Assembly (NCBI GenBank): GCA_965222605.1
Contig: OZ244960.1
Location: forward strand, 2,048,001 to 2,112,000
Source of the DNA: Candidatus Latescibacterota bacterium
GTDB taxonomy: Bacteria > Latescibacterota > UBA2968
Length of the DNA: 64,000 nucleotides
Direction: 5' to 3'
A program made the translations under genes and the position numbers. The notes under the pieces are model-generated. The model ran no database searches. It was not told where the DNA came from and was given only the letters and a program-made list of their open reading frames with translations. Positions 30,487 to 40,876 of the stretch are shown here, in pieces; positions within the stretch are counted from its first letter, which is position 1, and each line of letters begins with the position of its first letter.

Positions 30487-31287
30487 ATGACCACAGACTG
30501 CCCCACAACCCCTGAAGATGTCGCGCAATATCAAAAAAGAGGATTCATTAGCTATCCCAACTTCTTCACTCCCGAAGACCTCCGGGAACTGGCAGACGCG
30601 CTCGACCACGCCGTAGAAATCAACCGCGCCAGAATCAAAGGCGCAGAAAACGCGGGACGAGGCAGACCCGAATACGAACTCGTATTTAATCAAATGGTCA
30701 ACCTCTGGACCGACTATGCAGGCGCGCGAAAAATCGCCCTGAACAAACGCCTCGGGGAATCCGCTCGCCAGCTATCACAAGCCGAAAAGATCCGCATCTA
30801 TCACGACCACGCACTCATAAAACCACCCGGCGTCAAAAGCCGGGAAACCAACTGGCACCAGGACTTCCCGTACTGGTCTGGAATGGACCGCCCGGGCGCA
30901 CTCTCCGCCTGGATCGCCATCGATGATGTCTATGTCAAAAATGGCTGCATGCACTTCGTCCCCGGAAGCCACAAATTCGGCAAACAAGAAAGCGTGAGCC
31001 TGACCATTCAGGGCGAAAGCATCGTCGAAAAAATGCAAGAACGCGGACACACAGTCGCCGAACCGGAAACCATAGAACTGCCAGCCGGCGGCGTCACCTT
31101 CCACCACGGATGCAACTTCCACTATGCAGGACCAAACCTCAGCGACCATCCTCGCCGCGCATTCGCCATCATCTACATCCCCGACTACGTCCTCTTCACC
31201 GGGAAAAATGACGCAGCGGGCGCGCAAGACGAAATGGAAATTGGCAAACCCTGGGATCATCCCCTGCATCCCGTAATCGGAGAATAA
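30487..31287 (+). CDS. PhyH-family dioxygenase
   Basis: WHQD, NGCMHFVPGSH, FHYAGPN..PRRA. Confidence 0.92.
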   Translation: MTTDCPTTPEDVAQYQKRGFISYPNFFTPEDLRELADALDHAVEINRARIKGAENAGRGRPEYELVFNQMVNLWTDYAGARKIALNKRLGESARQLSQAEKIRIYHDHALIKPPGVKSRETNWHQDFPYWSGMDRPGALSAWIAIDDVYVKNGCMHFVPGSHKFGKQESVSLTIQGESIVEKMQERGHTVAEPETIELPAGGVTFHHGCNFHYAGPNLSDHPRRAFAIIYIPDYVLFTGKNDAAGAQDEMEIGKPWDHPLHPVIGE

Positions 31288-31299
31288 AGGAGGCCAAAA

Positions 31300-32250
31300 A
31301 TGTTAACCCCAGAACAATGTGAATCATACCAGCGCGATGGATATCTTCTGGTCCCCAATCTCTTCTCAAAAGAGCAATTGGCACCCGCGCTCAAAGTCGC
31401 AGAAAAAAATGCTTATGGCAAATCCCACGAAGAACTCAACGCCGAAATAGATACCCATCCCGAAATCGCAGAAACGCTCATCACACCAAAAGGCCGTCGC
31501 AGAATGGGCGGACCCCGAGCGGAATTTCACGACATCCCAACGGGTATTGACGCTATAGATCAGACCATTGAACACGAACCATTTTTAGACGCCCTCTCCC
31601 AACTCTTAGACACACCCGACATGCACTACCATCACGGCTTTGTCTATGTTCGCAGCGGCCGCTTAGACCGGAGAACCCCTCAAGAACCCTGGCAAGGATT
31701 TCACATCGACTGGGCAAAACCCCTGCTACCCCCGCACCCGGAATGGCAACGCTACGGCCACATCCAGGCCTGGGTTTATCTGACCGACAACGATCCAGAC
31801 TGCGCCCCTGTCCGCGTATTGCCCGGTGCACACAGCAAAATGAACAAACTCATCCGCAACCCACTCGGCACAGAACACGCATCTTATCGCTTTGACGACA
31901 TCCGCGAACTCCCCTTCAAATTCGAACCCGTCACCGCCACGGGAAAAACCGGAACCGTACTCTTTTACAGTTCGCACATGCCTCATTCGCCGCAGGCATT
32001 CACCAACCCCAGAAAACAACGCGCCGTCCTCTTCTACGCAGTGGGCCGCAGAGACACCAGCACCTGGACACTCACGGAAAAACGAGACATACAAGAACGC
32101 GGACGCCTGCGCCCCTTCTTGACAAAAACCACAGCAAGAGTTCGCAGCCTCTTTGGCTGGCCCAACCCCGGCGACGACTTTTACACGCCAGAAACGCTCA
32201 ACCTCATCAAAAACGCCTATCCAGAAATGGACCTGAATCCGTACTATTAA
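31300..32250 (+). CDS. PhyH-family dioxygenase
   Basis: YQRDGY, FHID, PGAH, MPHS. Confidence 0.85.
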   Translation: MLTPEQCESYQRDGYLLVPNLFSKEQLAPALKVAEKNAYGKSHEELNAEIDTHPEIAETLITPKGRRRMGGPRAEFHDIPTGIDAIDQTIEHEPFLDALSQLLDTPDMHYHHGFVYVRSGRLDRRTPQEPWQGFHIDWAKPLLPPHPEWQRYGHIQAWVYLTDNDPDCAPVRVLPGAHSKMNKLIRNPLGTEHASYRFDDIRELPFKFEPVTATGKTGTVLFYSSHMPHSPQAFTNPRKQRAVLFYAVGRRDTSTWTLTEKRDIQERGRLRPFLTKTTARVRSLFGWPNPGDDFYTPETLNLIKNAYPEMDLNPYY

Positions 32251-32262
32251 GGAGCATCGCGT

Positions 32263-34008
32263 ATGGCACAACACCCCAACGCGATCCTGATCTTAACCGA
32301 CGATCAAGGATATGGGGACTTGAGTTGCACGGGCAATCCGGTATTGAAAACGCCACATCTGGATCAATTATACGACCAGAGCGTGCGCTTGACCGATTAC
32401 CATGTAGATGCCATGTGCTCGCCCACAAGAGCCGCGCTCATGACCGGGCGATATGCCGCGCGCACCGGCGTATGGAGCACCTTGCGAGGCCGGTATATCA
32501 TGCGCCGGGATGAAATCACCATAGCCGACGTATTTTCAGATTCGGGATATCGAACCGGCATCTTTGGCAAATGGCATCTGGGCGACAACTACCCCTATCG
32601 CCCTTTTGATCGGGGATTTCGGGAATCCCTGAGCTTTGGCGGTGGCGTAGTTGGAGAAATCCCAGACTACTGGGACAACGACAACTTTACCGCCACATAT
32701 CTCCGAAATGGCGCATGCGAACAGCATTCCTGTTATTGCACAGATGTGTGGTTCAACGAAGCCATGCAATTTATGGAGACAGATCGAGAGACTCCATTTT
32801 TCTGCTATATCTCCACCAACGCCCCCCATGGCCCGTTCAACGTACATGCGAAATACAGCGAGCCTTATCTGCAACAAGGGATACCGAAACAGCGCGCGCG
32901 ATTTTACGGCATGATCGCAAACATCGACGAAAACATCGGGCGACTCCGCCAGTGGCTCGCGGACAATAATCTGGCAGAAAATACCATACTGATCTTCATG
33001 GGAGACAACGGCACATCCATGGGGACGGGTATAACCGCGGATGGATTTCCAACAGATGGATTTAACGCGAGAATGCGCGGCAAAAAAACCTGGGTCTATG
33101 ACGGCGGCCATCGCAACGCGTGCTTTGTACACTGGCCCGGCGGAAAATTGACAGATGGGCGCGATGTCGATCACATAGCAGCCCACATCGATATACTGCC
33201 CACATTGATTGACCTCTGCGAACTGAAACCACCAGACGTGAAATTCGACGGCATTAGCCTCACACCTCTATTGAACAACTCTCATAGCGACTGGCCCACG
33301 CGCACCCTATTCGTACACCAGCAACAAATTGATCACCCGGTCAAATACAAAGACTTTGCCGCCATGACCGACCGCTGGCGATTCGTATATACGGGAACAT
33401 GGCGCGAGCCACAAAACGAACTCTTTGATCACAAACGCGACCCTGAGCAGAGACGTGACATAGCAGAACGCCACCCCGACATCGTACAAACACTGCGCGA
33501 AGCTTATGAAAATTGGTGGACTGACATCTCCCGGCGATTTGGCGAATACAGCGAAATCGCAATCGGATCAAATCGCGAAAACCCCACAACACTCACCGCA
33601 CACAGTTGGCACGGAAAAGAAGGGATCTACAGCCAGCGGCATGTGCGCCAAAAAGAGCGAGACAACGGATTTTGGGCTATCGATATCGAACAAGAAGGCG
33701 AATACGAATTTGAACTTCGCCGCTGGCCCATTGAAATCGACACACCGATCTGCGCCGCACTACCGGGCAGAACAGGTGTACCTTATGTAGATGATCTATT
33801 ACCAGGAGAAGCACTCGCCATCAAAACGGCAAAATTACAAGTAGGCGATGTCGTCCAACAAAAAGCAGTCAGCGAAAAAGACAAATACATCACCTTTCAT
33901 CTATCACTCAAAAAAGGCTCAACCCGCGTACAGACCTATTTTGACGATGGCATTGACGCGCCACTTGGTGCCTACTATGTTTATGTAAAGAGAATCAGTC
34001 TCGCTTAG
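32263..34008 (+). CDS. Arylsulfatase
   Basis: LILTDDQGYGD, CSPTRAALMTG, GKWHLG, GDNG. Confidence 0.94.
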   Translation: MAQHPNAILILTDDQGYGDLSCTGNPVLKTPHLDQLYDQSVRLTDYHVDAMCSPTRAALMTGRYAARTGVWSTLRGRYIMRRDEITIADVFSDSGYRTGIFGKWHLGDNYPYRPFDRGFRESLSFGGGVVGEIPDYWDNDNFTATYLRNGACEQHSCYCTDVWFNEAMQFMETDRETPFFCYISTNAPHGPFNVHAKYSEPYLQQGIPKQRARFYGMIANIDENIGRLRQWLADNNLAENTILIFMGDNGTSMGTGITADGFPTDGFNARMRGKKTWVYDGGHRNACFVHWPGGKLTDGRDVDHIAAHIDILPTLIDLCELKPPDVKFDGISLTPLLNNSHSDWPTRTLFVHQQQIDHPVKYKDFAAMTDRWRFVYTGTWREPQNELFDHKRDPEQRRDIAERHPDIVQTLREAYENWWTDISRRFGEYSEIAIGSNRENPTTLTAHSWHGKEGIYSQRHVRQKERDNGFWAIDIEQEGEYEFELRRWPIEIDTPICAALPGRTGVPYVDDLLPGEALAIKTAKLQVGDVVQQKAVSEKDKYITFHLSLKKGSTRVQTYFDDGIDAPLGAYYVYVKRISLA

Positions 34009-34072
34009 CCACCTGGGACTACACAATCACATCTCGCTTTTCAAGGTTCATATATCGAGAAAGGAGATCATA

Positions 34073-34330
34073 ATGCAGACCAGACTCACATTGCAGATGG
34101 ATGATAAATTGGTTGCACTGGCCAAAGCACATGCAAAGAAACGCGGAAAGTCGGTTTCGCAACTCGTTGCAGATTATTTCAAATTTTTGGATAGATTGGA
34201 AAAGAGTAAACAGAAACCACCCGTAGAAAAAAAATATGGCCCCATTACAGAGTCTTTGAAGGGTGCGCTGAAAGGTGCAAAAGTAGATGAAGAAGACTAT
34301 TATCGATATCTTGAGGAAAGATATCGATGA
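34073..34330 (+). CDS. RHH-type antitoxin (DUF6364-like)
   Basis: TRLTL..AKAHAKKRGKSVSQLVADYF; overlaps the PIN gene. Confidence 0.8.
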   Translation: MQTRLTLQMDDKLVALAKAHAKKRGKSVSQLVADYFKFLDRLEKSKQKPPVEKKYGPITESLKGALKGAKVDEEDYYRYLEERYR

Positions 34331-34773
34331 AGATTCTTTTTGATACAGATGTGGTTTTGGATGTTTTGCTAGATCGCCCACCTTTCGTTGAAGCCGCGTT
34401 GCTCCTGTTTAATCGCGCAGAACAAAAAGCGATTCATGGATATCTTTGTGCAACGACGATAACGAATATTTATTATATCGCAAGGCCCAGGGTTGGCAAA
34501 GCCATTGCACTGAATCGCATCCGAGAATTGCTCGATATTTTTGAGATTGCATTGGTCAACCGTTCTGTGTTGTCAATGGCTGTTGACGGCAGCTTTTCAG
34601 ATTTTGAAGATGGTGTTTTATATGAATCTGCTCGCCGTGTTGGTGCTGAGTTTATTGTCACGCGCAATGTATCTGATTTTGAAAAAGCCGAGATACCTGT
34701 TTATTCTCCAGATGATTTGAATGCATTAATAGATTTGCGCGACGCAGAAGAAGTGGATACAGGAGGAGTTTAG
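34327..34773 (+). CDS. PIN-domain (VapC-like) toxin
   Basis: ILFDTDVVLD, DFEDG, IVTRNVSDF. Confidence 0.9.
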   Translation: MKILFDTDVVLDVLLDRPPFVEAALLLFNRAEQKAIHGYLCATTITNIYYIARPRVGKAIALNRIRELLDIFEIALVNRSVLSMAVDGSFSDFEDGVLYESARRVGAEFIVTRNVSDFEKAEIPVYSPDDLNALIDLRDAEEVDTGGV

Positions 34774-34775
34774 AA

Positions 34776-36041
34776 ATGGTGTCACGCATAACGGGTGTCC
34801 CTCGACCGGTTGGTATATCTGTTTACGATCCCGAGCGTAGCTGGAATGGCTATACGGTCTATGCTGGCGGTGAGTTGATCGATATGAACGGCAATCTGGT
34901 AAAGCATTTTGATTTGTCACAGTTGGGCAAAGTAATGCCTGGGGGGCATATTCTCGGTGACCGGCGTTACAACGGCCCTCGTATGGAACGGGGGCGCGAG
35001 CTTGTTCAGTTGGATTGGGATGGGAATGAAGTTTGGCACTATGATAAGACTGAGCAAATCGAGGTTGATAAGAAAAAAATCTGGTCGGCCAAGCAACACC
35101 ATGATTTTGAGCGCGAGGGCAGTCCAACCGGGTATTATGCGCCGGGTTTAGATCCCATTATAGAAGGCGGAAATACAATTGTGCTTGCAGCAAAGGAAGT
35201 TGAAAGGCCACATATCGCACCTGGGGTGCTGCATGGCGATTGTATTTTGGAAGTGAATTGGGACGGTGACATTGTGTGGGAATGGCAAAGTGTGGATCAC
35301 TTTGATGAAATGGATTTTAGCGAGGAAGCAAAAAATGCCATTTACCGGGGTGGCCGTGTCGGAGCAGATCCTTATGACTGGGTGCACTCCAACAGTGTAT
35401 CGTATTTGGGGCCAAACAAGTGGTATGATGCTGGCGATGAGCGATTTCATCCAGATAATTTTATTTGGGATGGGCGACATACCAATACAATCGCAGTGAT
35501 CAGCAAAGAGACTGGTGAAATCGTGTGGAAGGTCGGGCCGGATTATTCACTGACGTCCGAACTGCGGGCATTGGGTTGGATTATTGGGCTGCATCACGCA
35601 CATATGATTCCAAGAGGCTTGCCCGGTGAAGGAAATGTCCTGGTATTTGATAATGGCGGTGCTGCTGGATATGGTGCACCGAATCCAGGTGCTCCGAACG
35701 GGAGGATGAACGCGGTGAGAGATTATTCTCGTGTGGTAGAATTCGATCCGGTGACACTGGAGCTTGTGTGGGAGTATTCCGCGCTGAAGGCGGATGGCGA
35801 CCGAGTCCGCGCCTGCCGTTTTTATAGTCGTCCGTGGAGTTCTGCACAGCGCTTGCCCAATGGCAATACACTGATTTGTGAAGGGGCAGGAGGTCGGCTT
35901 TTTGAAGTGACTCCCGAACTTGAAATTGTGTGGGAATTTGTCAGTCCTCGCGAAACGTGTTATCGCGCTTATCGCGTGCCCTATGAGTGGATTCCGCAAC
36001 TGGACAAACCAGAGGAAATAGCTATCGATGTTAAGAAATAA
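34776..36041 (+). CDS. Aryl-sulfate sulfotransferase (ASST) family beta-propeller
   Basis: QHHDF, DWVHSNS, HHAH, LVFDNG, SSAQRLPNGNTLI. Confidence 0.85.
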   Translation: MVSRITGVPRPVGISVYDPERSWNGYTVYAGGELIDMNGNLVKHFDLSQLGKVMPGGHILGDRRYNGPRMERGRELVQLDWDGNEVWHYDKTEQIEVDKKKIWSAKQHHDFEREGSPTGYYAPGLDPIIEGGNTIVLAAKEVERPHIAPGVLHGDCILEVNWDGDIVWEWQSVDHFDEMDFSEEAKNAIYRGGRVGADPYDWVHSNSVSYLGPNKWYDAGDERFHPDNFIWDGRHTNTIAVISKETGEIVWKVGPDYSLTSELRALGWIIGLHHAHMIPRGLPGEGNVLVFDNGGAAGYGAPNPGAPNGRMNAVRDYSRVVEFDPVTLELVWEYSALKADGDRVRACRFYSRPWSSAQRLPNGNTLICEGAGGRLFEVTPELEIVWEFVSPRETCYRAYRVPYEWIPQLDKPEEIAIDVKK

Positions 36042-36055
36042 AGGAGCATAAACGA

Positions 36056-37192
36056 ATGAAAATCAGCGATCTACATGTCATGCGTATGGGTACGCCGGGG
36101 CAGGGTGGCACGAACTGGACATTTGTGAAAATCGAGACCGACGCCGGCATATACGGATTGGGCGAAGCCAGTCTGCAATATAAAGACGAAGGATTAATAG
36201 CAGAATTTGGGGCATTCAAGCGATTTCTGATCGGCAAAAACCCCTTTGAAATCGAGCGACTATGGACATCGCTATATCGACGAGTCACATGGTCTGGCGG
36301 ACCAGTAACCACAAGTGCAATCAGCGCCATTGACCTCGCGCTATGGGACATCAAAGGCAAAGCACTCGGCGTACCCGTATATGAATTGCTCGGTGGCAAA
36401 TCGCACGATAAAATACGCATGTACGCCAACGGCTGGCCCAGAAAGGGAAACACCCCCGAAGGCATTTCCGAAGGCGTAAAACAAGTCGTAGATCAGGGCT
36501 ATACAGCGTTAAAATTCTATCCCTTTGGTGGCGAACAGGTCGCAAAAATCGACCGAATAGAACACGGCGTAGCACTCGTAGAAGCCGCCCGAGAAGCCGC
36601 CGGACCTCAGGTCGAAATCGGAATTGATATACGCGCCCGGTTAAACATCTGGAGTGCGCGCCGGGTCGCACAAGCACTCGAGCCATTTAACATCGCCTGG
36701 ATGGAAGAACCCATCTTGTGGGACAACCCCGAAGCCCTCGCGCAATTTGCCCATGAAGTGCGCGTACCCATTGCAACGGGCGAACAATTGTACACGCGCT
36801 GGGGCTTTCGCTCATTATTAGAACTGAATGCCGTGGGCATCATTCAGCCGGACATCTGCCATGCGGGCGGCATCACCGAACTAAAAAAAATAGCGGCACT
36901 GGCCGAAACCTATTACGTAACCGTAGCACCGCACAACTCCAATGGACCGATATCGACCATCGCCAGCCTGCATCTGGACCTCTGCATTCACAACAGCTTG
37001 ATGCAGGAAATATTCCTATCATCCATCAACCTCTACAACGAAGTCCTCACACAGCCCATCGAAGTAATCGATGGCTATTGCGTACCACCCGAAGGACCTG
37101 GCTGGGGCGTGGATTTGAAAGCGGATATCCTCGCAAAATATCCGCCAAAACCATTTACGCCCATTGAGTCAGAACCTTATGTGGCGTTTTGA
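36056..37192 (+). CDS. Enolase-superfamily sugar-acid dehydratase (galactonate dehydratase-like)
   Basis: SAIDLALWDIKGK, WMEEP, ATGE, QPD, APHN. Confidence 0.88.
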   Translation: MKISDLHVMRMGTPGQGGTNWTFVKIETDAGIYGLGEASLQYKDEGLIAEFGAFKRFLIGKNPFEIERLWTSLYRRVTWSGGPVTTSAISAIDLALWDIKGKALGVPVYELLGGKSHDKIRMYANGWPRKGNTPEGISEGVKQVVDQGYTALKFYPFGGEQVAKIDRIEHGVALVEAAREAAGPQVEIGIDIRARLNIWSARRVAQALEPFNIAWMEEPILWDNPEALAQFAHEVRVPIATGEQLYTRWGFRSLLELNAVGIIQPDICHAGGITELKKIAALAETYYVTVAPHNSNGPISTIASLHLDLCIHNSLMQEIFLSSINLYNEVLTQPIEVIDGYCVPPEGPGWGVDLKADILAKYPPKPFTPIESEPYVAF

Positions 37193-37222
37193 TAACTATC
37201 ACCAATTTTCAAAGGAGAAACC

Positions 37223-38632
37223 ATGGCAATACAACTGCCCGAAGGACCTTTTAAACCGAATTGGGAATCGCTCTCAAATTATCGTGTTCCCGACTGGTAT
37301 CAGAACGATAAATTTGGCATCTTCATTCACTGGGGCGTGTATTCGGTTCCCGCTTATGGAAGCGAATGGTACCCGCGCAACATGTATCAACAAGGCTCCA
37401 AAGAGTTCGCGCATCACAAAGCGACCTATGGCGCACACAGCAAATTTGGATACAAAGATTTCATCCCCATGTTCAAGGCGGAAAATTACGACCCCGACCA
37501 CTGGGCTGACTTATTCCGCAAAGCCGGCGCCCGCTTTGTCGTCCCCGTAGCCGAGCATCACGATGGATTTGCCATGTACGACACCGCTCTATCGGACTGG
37601 TGCGCGAGCAAAATGGGACCAAAACGCGACCTAATTGGCGAACTCGCCGAAGCCGTACGCAAACAATGGCTGATATTCGGATTATCGACACACCGCGCAG
37701 AACACTGGTGGTTTATGGACGGCGGGATGCAATTTGATTCAGACGTGCAGGACGGACAATACGCGGGCTTATACGGTCCCGCACAACCGAGGGACAGCCA
37801 GCCCAACGAAGAATTTTTAGACGACTGGCTCGCGCGCACCTGCGAATTGGTCGATAAATATCACCCGCAAATCGTATGGTTTGACTGGTGGATTCAAGAA
37901 CCTGCTTTCGCGTCTTATGTGCAGCGTTTTGCGGCGTATTATTACAACCGCGGCGCCGAATGGGATCGCGGCGTGGCAATCAATTACAAATACAACACAT
38001 TTCCGCCCGAGGCCGCAGTTTACGACATTGAGCGCGGGCAATTAGACGACATCAATCCGCACTTCTGGCAAACCGACACCTCTGTGGCGAGAAAATCCTG
38101 GGGATACATAAAAGATGAGCGGGGATACAAAAGTGCCTCACAACTAATCGGCGACCTCGTGGATATCGTAAGCAAAAACGGCGCGCTCTTGCTCAACATA
38201 GGACCGCGCGCCGACGGAACAATCCCCGAGGAAGAAGAAGCTCTGCTGCTCGCAATAGGCAAGTGGCTCACCATAAATGGCGAAGCAATCTACGACTCGC
38301 GCCCCTGGAAAGTATTTGGCGAAGGTCCAACAGAAGTCACAACAGGTGCATTCACCGATACAAAGCGACAGATGTTTGGCGAGCGCGACATCCGCTTTAC
38401 CACGCGAGGGGATGTCCTCTACGCAACCGTATTGGCAATACCCGAAAAAGATAAAGTGATGATTAAATCGCTTGGTTCTTCCCTGCGTCTGCTGACCAAG
38501 CAAATCGACAAAGTAGAACTATTGGGCGCGGGCGCATTACAATGGTCGCAAACAATGCGCGGCTTAAAAGTCAAATTGCCCGCAGAAAAACCATGCGAAC
38601 ACGCGCTTGTAATAAAAATTACGCCAAAATAG
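37223..38632 (+). CDS. Alpha-L-fucosidase GH29
   Basis: KFGIFIHWGVYSVP, EHHDGF, VWFDW, DIVSKNGALLLNIGP. Confidence 0.95.
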   Translation: MAIQLPEGPFKPNWESLSNYRVPDWYQNDKFGIFIHWGVYSVPAYGSEWYPRNMYQQGSKEFAHHKATYGAHSKFGYKDFIPMFKAENYDPDHWADLFRKAGARFVVPVAEHHDGFAMYDTALSDWCASKMGPKRDLIGELAEAVRKQWLIFGLSTHRAEHWWFMDGGMQFDSDVQDGQYAGLYGPAQPRDSQPNEEFLDDWLARTCELVDKYHPQIVWFDWWIQEPAFASYVQRFAAYYYNRGAEWDRGVAINYKYNTFPPEAAVYDIERGQLDDINPHFWQTDTSVARKSWGYIKDERGYKSASQLIGDLVDIVSKNGALLLNIGPRADGTIPEEEEALLLAIGKWLTINGEAIYDSRPWKVFGEGPTEVTTGAFTDTKRQMFGERDIRFTTRGDVLYATVLAIPEKDKVMIKSLGSSLRLLTKQIDKVELLGAGALQWSQTMRGLKVKLPAEKPCEHALVIKITPK

Positions 38633-38704
38633 GCGTGCCCTGTATCCGCCTGTTAGCGAAAGAACTGGGGAATAATATTGCGTTGCTTTGTTGACGATAA
38701 TTCC

Positions 38705-38820
38705 ACCTTTTTCTTTTCATGCCTTCGGCGACTTCATTTTTTTGCGCGCCCAAAAAAATGAAGCAAAAAAAGGGCGCCCCTGCGGGGAGCTTGCACAGCG
38801 CGAACTGCTCAGGAGCATAC
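38705..38820. repeat. Intergenic palindromic element
   Basis: cttcattttttt-gcgcgcc-caaaaaaatgaag hairpin. Confidence 0.5.
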
Positions 38821-39025
38821 ACGCCATGTGGTGGCCTTCAAAGTTGGATGCAAACAAGCAGGATAGTGGTTGACGGAATAGCGCGCTGTGCTGTACATAA
38901 TGGCTTTGATTGATGCCGTTATGGAAGGGTGCGTTTTGATGGCTTATCTGAAATACTGCGTAACATCAGTTAATAAGACCATACAGGCTTTTGGAACGCG
39001 AAATCAAGGAACAGGGGAGACAAGG

Positions 39026-39331
39026 ATGTCGGCCAAACATAGGACCGTAATTTTTGTTATTTTTAGCTGTATCAGCATAACCGTTATCTTTATCGCTATA
39101 TGGCATGAGATAACGTCCGGCACAGGGAAAACGTCCGGCATAGGGACGTGTGAAGATATTGCGGTGGCAAAGGGGGTCGGGAGCGCGGTGTTTGAGCGTA
39201 AGATACCAGGTGCCTCTGTTGTCAAGATAGAGCTAAGAGCAAACCCGGTGCCTAAAGAAGCAGGCCATATACGCGATATATACTTTTTTTCTGTTTACTA
39301 CTCTCAGAATGGCATAAAAAAAGGGGCATGA
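39026..39331 (+). CDS. Small membrane-anchored hypothetical protein, possibly truncated
   Basis: GGAG/AGGA RBS and N-terminal hydrophobic helix; no recognised family. Confidence 0.4.
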   Translation: MSAKHRTVIFVIFSCISITVIFIAIWHEITSGTGKTSGIGTCEDIAVAKGVGSAVFERKIPGASVVKIELRANPVPKEAGHIRDIYFFSVYYSQNGIKKGA

Positions 39332-39430
39332 TGGGTGTCGATAAAGCAACATGTCGTACCGTTGTAACTCCCGATTTTCCCTAACCTCAGTGCTTAACAG
39401 ACACTGGTATATCACTGATCCAGAAACAAC

Positions 39431-40858
39431 GGTCAAGTCCTATTTTTAGTTGAAATAATCGAGGCTGTTTAATCAGCAGCAAAAGCGTCTTGCCAGTTTG
39501 TATCGAGCTTCAAGTCGTTCTGAAGCGCGAGCCTGAGCCTGGGAAGGCAACGGAAGCCTTTGATCCTTCGCAGGCGGGGTTCAATATCCAAAAGTGCGGT
39601 GGCTAACCAGCGCGTGCGTTGATTAGAGTTTGTCCATCGCTTCACATTTCTCGTCAGTTGCGCTACCATTGAGTTGAGGGACTCAATGCAGTTGGTGGTA
39701 CGAAAGGATTGCTTCAACTGCGGCATGAGTCCCAAACGATGCAGGGTCAAGGTTTCTTCGAGTCCTTCTTCAAGGCTGTTTTGCGCCGATTCATTCATCA
39801 AAGCGAGTTCGGGTTTGAGGGCATCAAGAGCAGCTTTAGCTTCTTGATAGGTGGGCAGATCATAGGCATGTTGTAGGGCCTTTTTAATCTCATCTTGCTT
39901 GCCTTTGGGCAGATAGGCCCTCACATTTTCTCGTTTGTGCCACTCTTTACGTTGAATGACCACATAGCCTAAAAATGCCTTTGTCAGAGCGGCATATAAG
40001 CCTTTTGAGCCGTCAATAAGACACAGCAGGCCCTTGTGATAGACCAGATCACGATTTATGAGGGACTGTATAAACTGCCGACAGACGCGCTCGTTCTCGG
40101 TAGCAGCCTGGACAAAGCCGAGTGGGATTTTATCGCCTTTTATGGTCACACCAAGGGCAATGATCATCTCCTGATCTGCAAAGGTCTTCCCATCTATAAA
40201 CAGGGCGACGAGGTCATACTGTGCTAAAGACCGATTTTGAAACTGCTTCAACTTTTGTGCCGACGCCTTGATAAAGCGTCTCGACACGGTGGATGAAGAT
40301 AGTCCAAAGGCCTCCGGTACCGTCTCGGCACATTCTTGATAAGAGCGTGTGGCAATGCCTTTTATCATCCGAAGGAGCAGTCCTTCATCCATCTTTCGGG
40401 GATGCTGGAGATGATGATAGGTCTGTAGGGAGGCTTCCTCATCGGTCACCACATTACGCACCCTGGGAACAGAGATAGGCACTTTCTGATCGGCGAGATA
40501 CACCGAGCCTTGTTGACTGCCCCACCGACGATTGGAATTTTGGCCCTCTTTGCGTGTGTATCTCTGCCCGGCCAAGCGGGTCACTTCGTTCTGTAATTCT
40601 TCTGCCACGGCGTCTAATCCTAATGGAATCAAGGCTTGGATCAACGCGATGCGTGTATCCAGGGTGCTCATCTCTTCTTCAAGGGGGGGCTGTGGCGTTG
40701 CATCGTCTTTGTGGATGGCCTTGACTTTGGGGGCGTTGTGCGATACTTTTTTCATCACGGGCTCCTTTGGTTGAGGACACAGCGTTTTCACGGTTGAATC
40801 TGCTGTATCCAATTTACATCGGAGCCTCTTTTATTTCAACTAAGATAGGCACATCGTC
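39431..40858 (-). mobile_element. IS256-family insertion sequence with 8-bp target duplication
   Basis: Imperfect 28-bp inverted ends (core TTAGTTGAAATAA); GAAACAAC at 39423-39430 and 40859-40866. Confidence 0.93.
39469..40755 (-). CDS. IS256/Mutator-family transposase
   Basis: VPRVR, FIDGK, IDGSKGL, TTNCIESLNS. Confidence 0.93.
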   Translation of the reverse strand: MKKVSHNAPKVKAIHKDDATPQPPLEEEMSTLDTRIALIQALIPLGLDAVAEELQNEVTRLAGQRYTRKEGQNSNRRWGSQQGSVYLADQKVPISVPRVRNVVTDEEASLQTYHHLQHPRKMDEGLLLRMIKGIATRSYQECAETVPEAFGLSSSTVSRRFIKASAQKLKQFQNRSLAQYDLVALFIDGKTFADQEMIIALGVTIKGDKIPLGFVQAATENERVCRQFIQSLINRDLVYHKGLLCLIDGSKGLYAALTKAFLGYVVIQRKEWHKRENVRAYLPKGKQDEIKKALQHAYDLPTYQEAKAALDALKPELALMNESAQNSLEEGLEETLTLHRLGLMPQLKQSFRTTNCIESLNSMVAQLTRNVKRWTNSNQRTRWLATALLDIEPRLRRIKGFRCLPRLRLALQNDLKLDTNWQDAFAAD

Positions 40859-40876
40859 GAAACAACAGGAGGAGAA

